A stretch of DNA of 32,000 nucleotides, taken from contig NZ_CP042911.1 of assembly GCF_008065095.1 (NCBI RefSeq), forward strand, positions 4,680,001 to 4,712,000, read 5' to 3'. Position 1 is the first letter of the stretch. Each line of letters starts with the position of its first letter. Both the position numbers and the translations under genes were made by a program. The notes under the pieces are model-generated. The model was not told the DNA's origin. It worked only from the letters and a program-made list of their open reading frames with translations, and did no database searches. Source of the DNA: Gemmata obscuriglobus. GTDB lineage: Bacteria; Planctomycetota; Planctomycetia; Gemmatales; Gemmataceae. Positions 16,496 through 24,833 of this stretch are shown piece by piece.

Positions 16496-17791
16496 ATGAA
16501 ACAGTTCGTCCTGGGTCTGGCCACCGCCGGCCTGCTCGCGGGCGTCGTCCTGCTCTCGCGAGCCGGAACCGCCACCGACGCCGCCACACGCGCCGGCGAC
16601 AACAGCGCCGTCAAGATCGAGGCCGGGGACAAGAACCCCTGGACCTCGCTCAAGCTCAACAACGACCCCGACCAGTTCACCTTCGCCGTTGTCTCCGACC
16701 GCACCGGCGGACACCGCGAAAAGGTCTTCTCACGCGCTGTGCAGCAGGTCAACTGGCTCCAGCCGCAATTCGTCATGTCCGTGGGAGACCTCATTGAGGG
16801 GTACACGACCAAGGAAGAAGCCATCAAGGAGCAGTGGGACGAGTTCGACGGGTACGTGAAGCGGTTCGAAATGCCGTTCTTCTACGTGCCCGGCAACCAC
16901 GACCTCACCAACAAGGTCCAGGTCACGAAGTGGGGCGAGCGGTATGGCAAGAAGTACTACCACTTCACCTACCGCGGCGTGCTGTTCCTCTGTCTGTGCT
17001 CCGAAAACCCCGACTCGGACGGCATGAGCACCATTGACAAGGCTCAGCAGGAGTGGGTCGCCAAGACGCTGGAAGCGAACAAGGACGTGAAGTGGACGTT
17101 CGTGTTCCTGCACAAACCCCTGTGGGTGGCGAAGGACCTGGATAAGAACGGCTGGGCGGCGGTGGAGAAGTCGCTGGCCGGGCGCAAGCACAACGTGTTC
17201 GTGGGCCACGTTCACCGGTATCAGGTGTTCGAACGCAACGGCACCCAGTTCTACCAGCTCGCCACCACCGGCGGCGGCAGCCGACTCCGCGGTCCGCAAT
17301 ACGGCGAGTTCGATCAGGTGATGCTGGTGACCATGAAGAAGGAAACGCCGGTTCTGGTGAACGTCGACCTGGCCGGCGTACTGCCCACCAACCTCAAGCT
17401 CCCGGACAGCGACGAGAAGGGGAGCGTCCGCAAGAAGGTGGCCACGTTCCCGGTCACGGGCAAGGTAAAGCTCGACGGCAAGCCGCTCACGGGCGCGACG
17501 ATCACGTTCCACGCGTTCAACAAGACGACCGAGAAGTACAGCCCCGCGTGCGACGCGCTGTCCGACGACGCGGGTCGGTTCGGAATGTCCACGTACACCA
17601 AGAACGACGGCGCCCCGGCCGGCGAGTTCACGGTCACGGTCGTGAAGACCGCGAAGGGCGGGTACTACGACGGCGAGATCCCCGAGAAGTCGGTGCTACC
17701 CGAAAAGTACGCGACCGTCACCACGTCACCACTTCGGGTCACGATCAAGGAAGGCACCAACGACGTGGAACTGGAACTGGATTCCAAGTAA
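16496..17791 (+). CDS. Secreted metallophosphoesterase (calcineurin-like) with C-terminal carboxypeptidase-regulatory-like beta-sandwich domain, 431 aa
   Basis: I chose the internal ATG at 16496 because it gives a signal peptide, MKQFVLGLATAGLLAGVVLLSRA. Phosphoesterase motifs are present: VVSDRTGG, SVGDLIEG, VPGNHD, FLHKPLW, VGHVHRY. The C-terminus reads FPVTGKVKLDGKPLTGATITFHA...GEFTVTVV. Confidence 0.85.
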   Translation: MKQFVLGLATAGLLAGVVLLSRAGTATDAATRAGDNSAVKIEAGDKNPWTSLKLNNDPDQFTFAVVSDRTGGHREKVFSRAVQQVNWLQPQFVMSVGDLIEGYTTKEEAIKEQWDEFDGYVKRFEMPFFYVPGNHDLTNKVQVTKWGERYGKKYYHFTYRGVLFLCLCSENPDSDGMSTIDKAQQEWVAKTLEANKDVKWTFVFLHKPLWVAKDLDKNGWAAVEKSLAGRKHNVFVGHVHRYQVFERNGTQFYQLATTGGGSRLRGPQYGEFDQVMLVTMKKETPVLVNVDLAGVLPTNLKLPDSDEKGSVRKKVATFPVTGKVKLDGKPLTGATITFHAFNKTTEKYSPACDALSDDAGRFGMSTYTKNDGAPAGEFTVTVVKTAKGGYYDGEIPEKSVLPEKYATVTTSPLRVTIKEGTNDVELELDSK

Positions 17792-17854
17792 TCGCGTGGA
17801 GCCCACGCCGCCACGTCGGCAGAGTGGGCGGGGCCTGACCAACGGTTTTTCGAG

Positions 17855-17907
17855 CCGCGGGCCACCGGCGCGTACCCGAGAGTCGGGTACGCGCCGGTGG
17901 CCCGCGG
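17855..17907 (+). terminator. Very long perfect hairpin (25-bp stem, 3-nt loop) after the phosphoesterase gene
   Basis: ccgcgggccaccggcgcgtacccga / gag / tcgggtacgcgccggtggcccgcgg, checked base by base. No U-tract follows. Confidence 0.5.
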
Positions 17908-17994
17908 TGTTACCACTGACTAAGCGGCACGCCTTTCGCTCTTGATCTAAAGCACCGCGCCCACTTGGGGTGCTGTGTACATGCCGAGAGCCCC

Positions 17995-19110
17995 ATGAAG
18001 GTTTTCCACTGCGACCACTGCGATCACCTCGTTTTCTTCGAGAGCGTGATGTGTGTGGTCTGTGAACACACGCTCGCGTACCTGCCGGACCTCGGTGTCA
18101 CCGGTTCCCTCGACCAGAGCAGAGACGGACTCTGGACCTCACCACTGGAACGAGCGCGGGGGAAGACGTACCGGTTGTGCCAGAACTACACCGAGCACGC
18201 CGTGTGTAACTGGGCCGTACCGGCCGATGATCCGGACCCGTACTGTCAGTCCTGCCGGCTCACCCGGGTTATTCCCAACCTCTCGAACCCGGCAAATAAG
18301 GCGGCGTGGTACAAGCTCGAACTGGCCAAGCGGCGGCTCCTGTACACGCTGATTGCACTGAAGCTGCCGCTCGTCAGCAAGGCACACGACCCGGCGGGCG
18401 GGCTGGCGTTCGAGTTCCTTGCGGACCCCGAAGACCCGTCCCTCCCGCGGGTCCTCACCGGCCACGCGGACGGGCTCATCACCGTCAATTTGGCCGAGGC
18501 CGACGACGCCGAGCGCGAGCGGCGTCGCACCCAGATGCACGAGCCCTACCGAACAGTCCTGGGGCACTTCCGACACGAGGTCGGGCACCACTACTGGAAC
18601 GTACTCATCCGCGACGGCGGACGCCTCGAATCGTTCCGCGACGTGTTCGGGGACGAGCGCGCGGACTACGGCGCGGCACTCCAGCAGCACTACGCCACCG
18701 GAGCGCCCTCGGACTGGCAAAACAACTTCATCTCGGCCTACGCGACGGCACACCCGTGGGAGGACTGGGCCGAAACGTGGGCGCACTACCTCCACATGGT
18801 GGACGCCCTCGAAACGGCGGTCGGATGTGGCATTTCGATCCGCCCGCGTCGGGCCGACGAACCGAGCTTGAAACCGGACACGAAGGTCGTGAGCCGCACG
18901 CCGTCGGCGTTCGACGCGATGATCGCGAGCTGGCACCCGCTGACATACGTGCTGAACAACCTCAACCGCGGTCTCGGTCAGCCGGACGGATACCCGTTCG
19001 TCATTTCCGAGAAGGTGGTCGAGAAGCTGCGGTTCGTTCATGATGTCACAACCGCGCCGCAACCGGCTCCGAAGCGGTCTCCCCCCGCCGCAGCGGTTGC
19101 AGTCGCGTGA
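17995..19110 (+). CDS. Zinc-ribbon + HExxH putative zinc-binding metallopeptidase family protein, 371 aa
   Basis: The N-terminal zinc ribbon MKVFHCDHCDHLVFFESVMCVVCEHTLAYLPD matches my memory of the putative zinc-binding metallopeptidase family. A second Cys cluster reads CNW...CQSC. The HExxH motif occurs in FRHEVGHHYWN. I prefer ATG 17995 over the TTG at 17965. Confidence 0.8.
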   Translation: MKVFHCDHCDHLVFFESVMCVVCEHTLAYLPDLGVTGSLDQSRDGLWTSPLERARGKTYRLCQNYTEHAVCNWAVPADDPDPYCQSCRLTRVIPNLSNPANKAAWYKLELAKRRLLYTLIALKLPLVSKAHDPAGGLAFEFLADPEDPSLPRVLTGHADGLITVNLAEADDAERERRRTQMHEPYRTVLGHFRHEVGHHYWNVLIRDGGRLESFRDVFGDERADYGAALQQHYATGAPSDWQNNFISAYATAHPWEDWAETWAHYLHMVDALETAVGCGISIRPRRADEPSLKPDTKVVSRTPSAFDAMIASWHPLTYVLNNLNRGLGQPDGYPFVISEKVVEKLRFVHDVTTAPQPAPKRSPPAAAVAVA

Positions 19111-19114
19111 GACG

Positions 19115-19140
19115 CGTCTCGAACCGTGCCATTCGAGACG
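19115..19140. terminator. Hairpin (9-bp stem, 8-nt loop) between convergent genes; possible bidirectional terminator
   Basis: cgtctcgaa / ccgtgcca / ttcgagacg. It overlaps a 12-nt palindrome, gagacgcgtctc (19109-19120). Confidence 0.4.
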
Positions 19141-19148
19141 CCGTTCAG

Positions 19149-19565
19149 CTACTTCATTTCGAAGTCGAAGGACGCGGTGGCCGCACCGGCCTGGACCGTC
19201 GCTTCGAGCCCGCTGGTCTTGGGGTCGTGGTACTTTTTCGGGATGTTCGGGTACTCCGCCTTCTTCATGTTCGGCGCGACGTACCCCATCCCCGGCTTGT
19301 TCGGCCGCGGCGGGCGCACCGCGACCGCGTAGCGACCGGGCGGCAGCCCGACCCCACGAGCCACCTGAAACGCGAACGTCCCGTTCGGCTCCAGGTCCGC
19401 CACGTACGTCGACCCGTCGGGGCCGTCGAACACGACCGTCCCTTCTGCCACCGGGGCGCCGCGGAACGTGACCTTCCCCGTTGCCGCGCCGAGCGGGGGC
19501 TCGGAATCGCATCCCGCAGCGAAGGTCGCGCACGCCACCAGCACACACCATCTGGCCGTCCGCAT
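19149..19565 (-). CDS. Small lipoprotein with carboxypeptidase-regulatory-like fold (DUF1559-associated), 138 aa
   Basis: Strong RBS GAGGAGGA 7 nt upstream of ATG 19565. Lipobox FAAGC. Beta-sandwich-like strings ATGKVTFRGAPVAEGTVVFDG and PPGRYAVAV. It lies 29 nt downstream of the DUF1559 gene. Confidence 0.7.
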   Translation of the reverse strand: MRTARWCVLVACATFAAGCDSEPPLGAATGKVTFRGAPVAEGTVVFDGPDGSTYVADLEPNGTFAFQVARGVGLPPGRYAVAVRPPRPNKPGMGYVAPNMKKAEYPNIPKKYHDPKTSGLEATVQAGAATASFDFEMK

Positions 19566-19594
19566 GTTTCGTCCTCCTCAAGTGTGCGCGTGAC

Positions 19595-20590
19595 TTAGAA
19601 GTCGTTGAGGACCTGACCGTCGTCCCGGTCCGCCAGCCGCTTGAGCGTGAGCACCGGGGTGCTCGCGGTCAGCGACCGGACCGACCCGTCCGCCAGGGCG
19701 ACGTTGACCGAACCGCCGGCGTGGGCCGACTGGAGCGGACTGTTCCCGCCGCACTGCCCTCCCGAGTTGGCCAGCGACGCGTCCTTGCTGATCGGGTACC
19801 GGACCGTCGTCAGGTTGAAGATGCGCGGCTCGCTGGTGCTCGAAAACGACGCCGCGATGCCCATCACGAACCCGGTGCCGCACGAGCTGCGGCAGTCGGC
19901 TTTGGTGCCGTTCGCCAGGGTGCAGTAGTCCGACTGCTCACCGATTACGACCGTGTTCGAGGTTCCGTCGGTAATTTCGAGCACCCCGACCTGCCGCTTC
20001 GGGATCAGCACGCCGCCCGAAGACACCATCCCCGTGTCGTAATACGGGCCGGCGTAGGTGAACGTGGACGAGTGGTCCGAGCTGCCCGCGATGCCCACGT
20101 AATCGGACACGAACACCTTGGTCGCCGCGGACAGGTCGGTGAGGGGCTGGAACGGACTGGACGGGCACTTGCCCATGTTCAGGACGAAGCCGTTGAGCCG
20201 GGTCCGATTGTACGCGTTGGACGCACCGTCGCCCTCGTGAATCCACCCGGTGGACTGGTACTGGGTGCCGCTCGCGTTACCGGTCTTGTCGAGTCCCGCA
20301 AACAACGGGTCCTGCTCCAGGTACGGAAGCAACGAGAGCCAAAACGAGTGCCCGTACCACCCGCCGGTCGGGCAGCCGACGCTCCCGGCCGGGAACTTCT
20401 GGTGGGCGTCGTGGTGGTTGTGCAGCGCGAGGCCCACCTGTTTCAGGTTGTTCTGGCATTTGAGGCGTGCCGCGGCCTCGCGGACCTTTTGAACGGCGGG
20501 TAAGAGGAGCCCGATCAGAATGGCGATGATCGCGATCACGACCAACAACTCGATGAGCGTAAAGGCGCGGGAGGACCGTCGCGGTGCCAT
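19595..20590 (-). CDS. DUF1559 domain protein with prepilin-type N-terminal cleavage/methylation signal, 331 aa
   Basis: [53 protein letters not shown] is the classic planctomycete DUF1559 N-terminus. The C-terminal [18 protein letters not shown] resembles the H-X9-DG motif with one extra residue. I chose the start at ATG 20590 rather than the ORF-track 20737. Confidence 0.9.
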   Translation of the reverse strand: MAPRRSSRAFTLIELLVVIAIIAILIGLLLPAVQKVREAAARLKCQNNLKQVGLALHNHHDAHQKFPAGSVGCPTGGWYGHSFWLSLLPYLEQDPLFAGLDKTGNASGTQYQSTGWIHEGDGASNAYNRTRLNGFVLNMGKCPSSPFQPLTDLSAATKVFVSDYVGIAGSSDHSSTFTYAGPYYDTGMVSSGGVLIPKRQVGVLEITDGTSNTVVIGEQSDYCTLANGTKADCRSSCGTGFVMGIAASFSSTSEPRIFNLTTVRYPISKDASLANSGGQCGGNSPLQSAHAGGSVNVALADGSVRSLTASTPVLTLKRLADRDDGQVLNDF

Positions 20591-20867
20591 ATGGCCTCGC
20601 TTGATGAAAGGGGCATGAAGGTGGGGAGAACGGGCGAGGAGATGTTTGCAATTGTGCGCGCGGTAGCATCCTGTCGCAAGCGCTTTTCGCCCCGAGTCAC
20701 GAAGTGTCATTGGACACTCATAACCCGAACCGGCCACGGGATGAGGCGCGCATCGGACACCGATCGATGTGAGAGTTCCGCGAACGTGAAACCTGTGCCC
20801 CGGCCGGCGCGTATCCTAACCACACGCCGCGCCCGCGTCCGTTCGGGCGCCGTAGCCCCGTGGAGAC

Positions 20868-22799
20868 GTGCGCATGCGTCGGTTGGTTCCTCCCGGCCTC
20901 ACGGCCGCGGTCATCGTGGGGATGGCGGCTCTCGTGGGCGCGCCCGCCACACCGCACACCTCGGCCGCCGATCCGCCCGCCAGCACGGACCGGCTCAACA
21001 AGGAAATCGACAACCTGAAGCTCTCTTCGGCCGATGGCACGGCCCACGGCCTGCGCGACTTCGCGAAGGACAAGGGCACCGTCGTCGTGTTCCTGTCGTT
21101 CGACTGCCCGGTGTCCAACAGCTACGCCGCCACCCTGGCCGAGTTGCACAAGGTGTACAGCGCCAAGGGGATCGGGTTCGTGGCCCTCGTGCCCACCGAC
21201 GACGCCGCCGAGAAGATCACCAAGAAGGCGGGCGAGTTCAAGCTCCCCTTCCCCGTGCTGTCGGACAGCACGCTCGTTGCCGCGGAGGCGTTCAAGTCGA
21301 CCGTCACGCCGGAAGCGTTCGTCCTGGACCGCAACCACGTCGTGCGGTACCGCGGGCGGATCGACAACCAGTATTACGGGCGGATGAAGAAGAACCCGCA
21401 GATCACCGAGCACGACCTGCGTGACGCGCTCGAGGCTGTGGTTGCCGGAAAGTTAGTGACGGCACCGGCGACCCGCGCGATCGGCTGCCACATCGACCCG
21501 AAAGAGCGCACGGTCACCTCCGACGCCGTCACCTACCACCGCGATGTCGCGCCGATCCTCCAGAAGCACTGTCAGAGCTGCCACCGGCCGGGAGACGCCG
21601 GGCCGTTCGCGTTGCTCACCTACAAGCAGGCGGTGAACTGGTCCGCGGACATCGTCCACTACACCCAGAACCGCGACATGCCCCCCTGGAAGCCGACCGC
21701 AGGGTTGGAGTTCGCCAACGCCCGCACGCTCACCATCCGCGAACTGGACACGCTGGCTCAGTGGGAGAAGAACGGCTGCCCGGAGGGCGACCCCAAGGAC
21801 GCGCCGGCCCCGCCGAAACTCTCGGACGGCTGGCGGCTGGGCCAACCGGACCTGATCGTCGAAATGGGTGAGGAGTTCCAGGTCGGCCCGACCGGTAAGG
21901 ACGTGTTCCGGTGCTTCGTTCTTCCCACCGGTCTCAAGGAAGACAAGCACGTCGTTGCCTACGAAGTGAAACCGGGTAATGCGGCGGTGCTCCACCACTC
22001 GCTCAACTACTTCGACACCACCGGGAAGGCCCGGAAGCTCGAAGCCGCCGAAAAGGCACGCAAGAAAGGCGCGGACGAGACCGACCACGGCCCCGGCTAT
22101 CCGGTCGCGATGGGCGTCGGCTTCATCCCCAACCAGGCCGACGCGCCGCGGCCCTCGATCCCGGCCGTCGGGATACTGGGCGGGTGGGCGCCCGGGCAGG
22201 TCGGCACGACGTTCCCCGACGGCTGCGGCATCCTGCTGCCGAAGGAGGCGGAACTCGTGCTCCAGCTCCACTACCACCGGACCGGGAAGGTCGAGAAGGA
22301 CCGCACGAAGATCGGGTTCTACTTCGCGAAGAAACCGGTGGAGAAGCCGTGGCTCATGCTCGGGGTCGGCGGGATGTCGTTCCTGGAGTCGATCCCCGCG
22401 AATAAGGCGAACCACGTGCAGAAGGGCTCCGCCTGGATCACCGCGGACGCGAACGTCCACAGCATCATGCCCCACATGCACCTGATCGGCAAGAGTATCA
22501 AAATCACCATGACCCCGCCGGACGGGGCGCCGAAGCTGATGCTGGAAATCAAGGACTGGGACTACAACTGGCAGGAGTGGTACTGGCTCGCGAAGCCGCT
22601 GGCCGTTAAGGCCGGAACGCGGTTCGACGTGGAAGGGGTGTTCGACAACTCGGCCAAGAACCCGAACAACCCGAACAGCCCGCCAAAAGCCGTATGGTTC
22701 GGCGAAGAGACCACAAGCGAGATGCTGTTCGGGTTCCTCGGCGTGACGCCGGCGGGCAAGGAGCGCGTGCGCCTGTCGCGCACCGAGCTGAAGAAGTAG
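20868..22799 (+). CDS. Secreted fusion protein: redoxin/thioredoxin-fold domain + c-type heme motif + PHM/DBH-like copper monooxygenase domain, 643 aa
   Basis: Signal-like N-terminus (GTG 20868, or ATG 20874). Redoxin-like VVVFLSFDCPVSNSY...PFPVLSD...TPEAFVLD. CxxCH motif CQSCH at 21570-21584. PHM-like copper-ligand strings are VLHHSL, LQLHYH, PHMHLIGKS and TSEMLFGF. Confidence 0.85.
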   Translation: MRMRRLVPPGLTAAVIVGMAALVGAPATPHTSAADPPASTDRLNKEIDNLKLSSADGTAHGLRDFAKDKGTVVVFLSFDCPVSNSYAATLAELHKVYSAKGIGFVALVPTDDAAEKITKKAGEFKLPFPVLSDSTLVAAEAFKSTVTPEAFVLDRNHVVRYRGRIDNQYYGRMKKNPQITEHDLRDALEAVVAGKLVTAPATRAIGCHIDPKERTVTSDAVTYHRDVAPILQKHCQSCHRPGDAGPFALLTYKQAVNWSADIVHYTQNRDMPPWKPTAGLEFANARTLTIRELDTLAQWEKNGCPEGDPKDAPAPPKLSDGWRLGQPDLIVEMGEEFQVGPTGKDVFRCFVLPTGLKEDKHVVAYEVKPGNAAVLHHSLNYFDTTGKARKLEAAEKARKKGADETDHGPGYPVAMGVGFIPNQADAPRPSIPAVGILGGWAPGQVGTTFPDGCGILLPKEAELVLQLHYHRTGKVEKDRTKIGFYFAKKPVEKPWLMLGVGGMSFLESIPANKANHVQKGSAWITADANVHSIMPHMHLIGKSIKITMTPPDGAPKLMLEIKDWDYNWQEWYWLAKPLAVKAGTRFDVEGVFDNSAKNPNNPNSPPKAVWFGEETTSEMLFGFLGVTPAGKERVRLSRTELKK

Positions 22800-22967
22800 G
22801 AACCCACACGAGGTCGGCGCGGGTGCGGCCGGTGTCATTCGGCCGCGGGCCGTTGCGATCCGTGTTCACCCGTGTCGATCTGCGCGTCGAACTCTTCTCC
22901 CCACCGGTGCCACAAGTCACCCCGCCGCGGCTACAATCTACACGGTCCATTCACACGGAGACGCTCC

Positions 22968-23843
22968 ATGCGCTGGCGCACCGCGCTCGCACTCGTGACG
23001 TGCCTGGGGCTCGCGCCCCTGCTCACGTCGCGGGCCGACGATACACCCGCGAAACGGCCGGACCCGAAAGCCGCCGCGAAGGCCGAAACGTTCGAGGTGC
23101 CGTACCGCCTCACCGACACCAACCACCTGATGGTGCGAACCAAGATCAACGGCAAGGGGCCGTTCAACCTGATCGTGGACACCGGCGCGCCGGCGGTCTT
23201 CATCACGAAGGGCGTGGCCAAGAAAGCCAAGGCCGAAGAGGGCGAGAAGGGGTGGGTCTCGTTCGACTCGTTCGAGCTCGAGGGCGGTCTGAAGGTCAAA
23301 GACGCCAAGGGCCGCATTGAGGACCTGATCCAGCTCGACGGCATGAACGGCATGGGCCTGGCGGGCGTCGAGTTGCACGGCGTGATCGGCTACAACGTGC
23401 TCGCCAAGTACCGGATCGAGTACGACCTCACCAGCGACCGCTTGGTGTTCGAGCCGCTGAACTTCGACCCGCCGCCCCTACTCCCGCTCGGCGGGAAGGG
23501 CAACGAGGGCATCCAATCGATGGGGCCGATGGTGAAAATGCTCACCACGATGCTGGGCATCAAGCCGAACTTCGACGCCGTCCCCCGGGGGTTCACCGGG
23601 ATCGAGTACGAGGAGAAAGACAGCAAAGTGTTCGTCAAGGCCGTGCTCGCGGGGAGCCCGGCGGAGAAGGCCGGGCTGAAACCCGGCGACCGGATCACCA
23701 GCATCAAAACCGACTCCATCGACTCCGCCAAGGACCTGACCAAGGCGCTCGCCAAGGCCGGGGTCGGCACGAAGTGGCGGTTTTACATCACCCGCGACGG
23801 CAAAGACAACGAAGTCGTGGTCGAACTCGGAAAGGGCTTGTAA
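22968..23843 (+). CDS. Secreted retropepsin-like (clan AA) aspartic protease domain + C-terminal PDZ domain, 291 aa
   Basis: ATG 22968 gives the signal peptide MRWRTALALVTCLGLAPLLTSRA. The DTG active-site motif occurs in FNLIVDTGAPAVFIT (23178-23186). Retropepsin hydrophobic-hydrophobic-Gly motif GVIGYNVL. PDZ-like VFVKAVLAGSPAEKAGLKPGDRITSI. Confidence 0.8.
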   Translation: MRWRTALALVTCLGLAPLLTSRADDTPAKRPDPKAAAKAETFEVPYRLTDTNHLMVRTKINGKGPFNLIVDTGAPAVFITKGVAKKAKAEEGEKGWVSFDSFELEGGLKVKDAKGRIEDLIQLDGMNGMGLAGVELHGVIGYNVLAKYRIEYDLTSDRLVFEPLNFDPPPLLPLGGKGNEGIQSMGPMVKMLTTMLGIKPNFDAVPRGFTGIEYEEKDSKVFVKAVLAGSPAEKAGLKPGDRITSIKTDSIDSAKDLTKALAKAGVGTKWRFYITRDGKDNEVVVELGKGL

Positions 23844-23845
23844 CC

Positions 23846-24706
23846 ATGAAAACCGCCTTCGCACTTTCCGTGTTCGCAGGTCTCGTAAGTCTGGCGCCGA
23901 CGGCCCGTGGCGACGAGCCCACGAAAGAGCAGCCGAAGCCGGACGCGAAACCGGTCGTGGTGCCGTTCGAATTGTTGAAGTCGCGCCACATGGCGATTCA
24001 GGTCAAGATCAACGACAAGGGGCCGTACCGGCTCATCTTCGACACCGGCGCGCCGACGAACCTCGTCAACAACAAGATCGCGAAAGAAGCCGGCATTCTC
24101 GGCAAAGGTGACAAGGGCGGGCTCCCGCTCTTCGGGGCGGCGCCGGCGCCGAAAGCCATCAAGAAGCTCGAAATCGGCGACCTGAAACTCGAGGGGATGA
24201 CGACGATGGTGATGGACCACCCCACGGTGGCGGCCATCGCGGACGTGGTCGGCCCGGTCGAGGGGATCGTGGGGTTCCCGTTCTTCGCCCGGTACAAGAT
24301 GACCATCGACTACGAAAAGAAGGAAATGACCCTGACCCCCAACGGGTTCGCCCCCGGCGACACGATGGCGGGGATGATGGACAAGCTCATGCGCGTGTCG
24401 GGCGGCAAGAAGCCGGAGCCGGCCGTGCTCGCACCGGCGGCGGTGTGGGGCTTCGAGGTCGGTGGCGAAGCGGACGGCGACGCGCCCGGCGTAACGGTGA
24501 CCGCGGTGCTGGCGAAAAGCCCCGCCGCGCTCGGCGGGCTGAAGAAAGGGGACCGGCTGCTGACACTCGACGGGCGGTGGACGGACACCGTGCGCGACAC
24601 GTTCCAGGCCGCCGCACTGATCAAGCCCGGCAAGGCCGTCGCGCTTGTCGTCAAGCGCGACGGTAAGGAACTCAAGTTGACCGTGACCCCTGCAAAGGGC
24701 CTTTAA
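23846..24706 (+). CDS. Secreted retropepsin-like aspartic protease domain + PDZ domain (paralog of the upstream gene), 286 aa
   Basis: ATG 23846 lies 2 nt after the upstream TAA. Signal peptide MKTAFALSVFAGLVSLAPTARG. DTG motif in YRLIFDTGAPTNLV (24041-24049). GIVGFPFF. PDZ-like VTVTAVLAKSPAALGGLKKGDRLLTLDG. Both paralogs end in KGL. Confidence 0.8.
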   Translation: MKTAFALSVFAGLVSLAPTARGDEPTKEQPKPDAKPVVVPFELLKSRHMAIQVKINDKGPYRLIFDTGAPTNLVNNKIAKEAGILGKGDKGGLPLFGAAPAPKAIKKLEIGDLKLEGMTTMVMDHPTVAAIADVVGPVEGIVGFPFFARYKMTIDYEKKEMTLTPNGFAPGDTMAGMMDKLMRVSGGKKPEPAVLAPAAVWGFEVGGEADGDAPGVTVTAVLAKSPAALGGLKKGDRLLTLDGRWTDTVRDTFQAAALIKPGKAVALVVKRDGKELKLTVTPAKGL

Positions 24707-24833
24707 GAGCGAACGAAATCTGGCCGGCGCGGGGCGAAAGGAACTCTGCGCCGGTCGGCCACGTCCAACGCCTGTCGACGCACTTCTTGCCGCGACCGGC
24801 GCGGCAACGGCGCCCACCCGCGAAGGGAAACCG

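Noticed and set aside
16289-23846. Upstream-extended starts given by the ORF track: 16289, 17965, 20737, 22872 and 23774, and also 8045 for the kinase.
   Set aside because: The extensions are Arg/Gly-rich or overlap the neighbouring gene. The internal ATGs (16496, 17995, 20590, 22968, 23846, 8018) give clean signal peptides, the prepilin leader or the zinc ribbon at the N-terminus, and sensible intergenic spacing.
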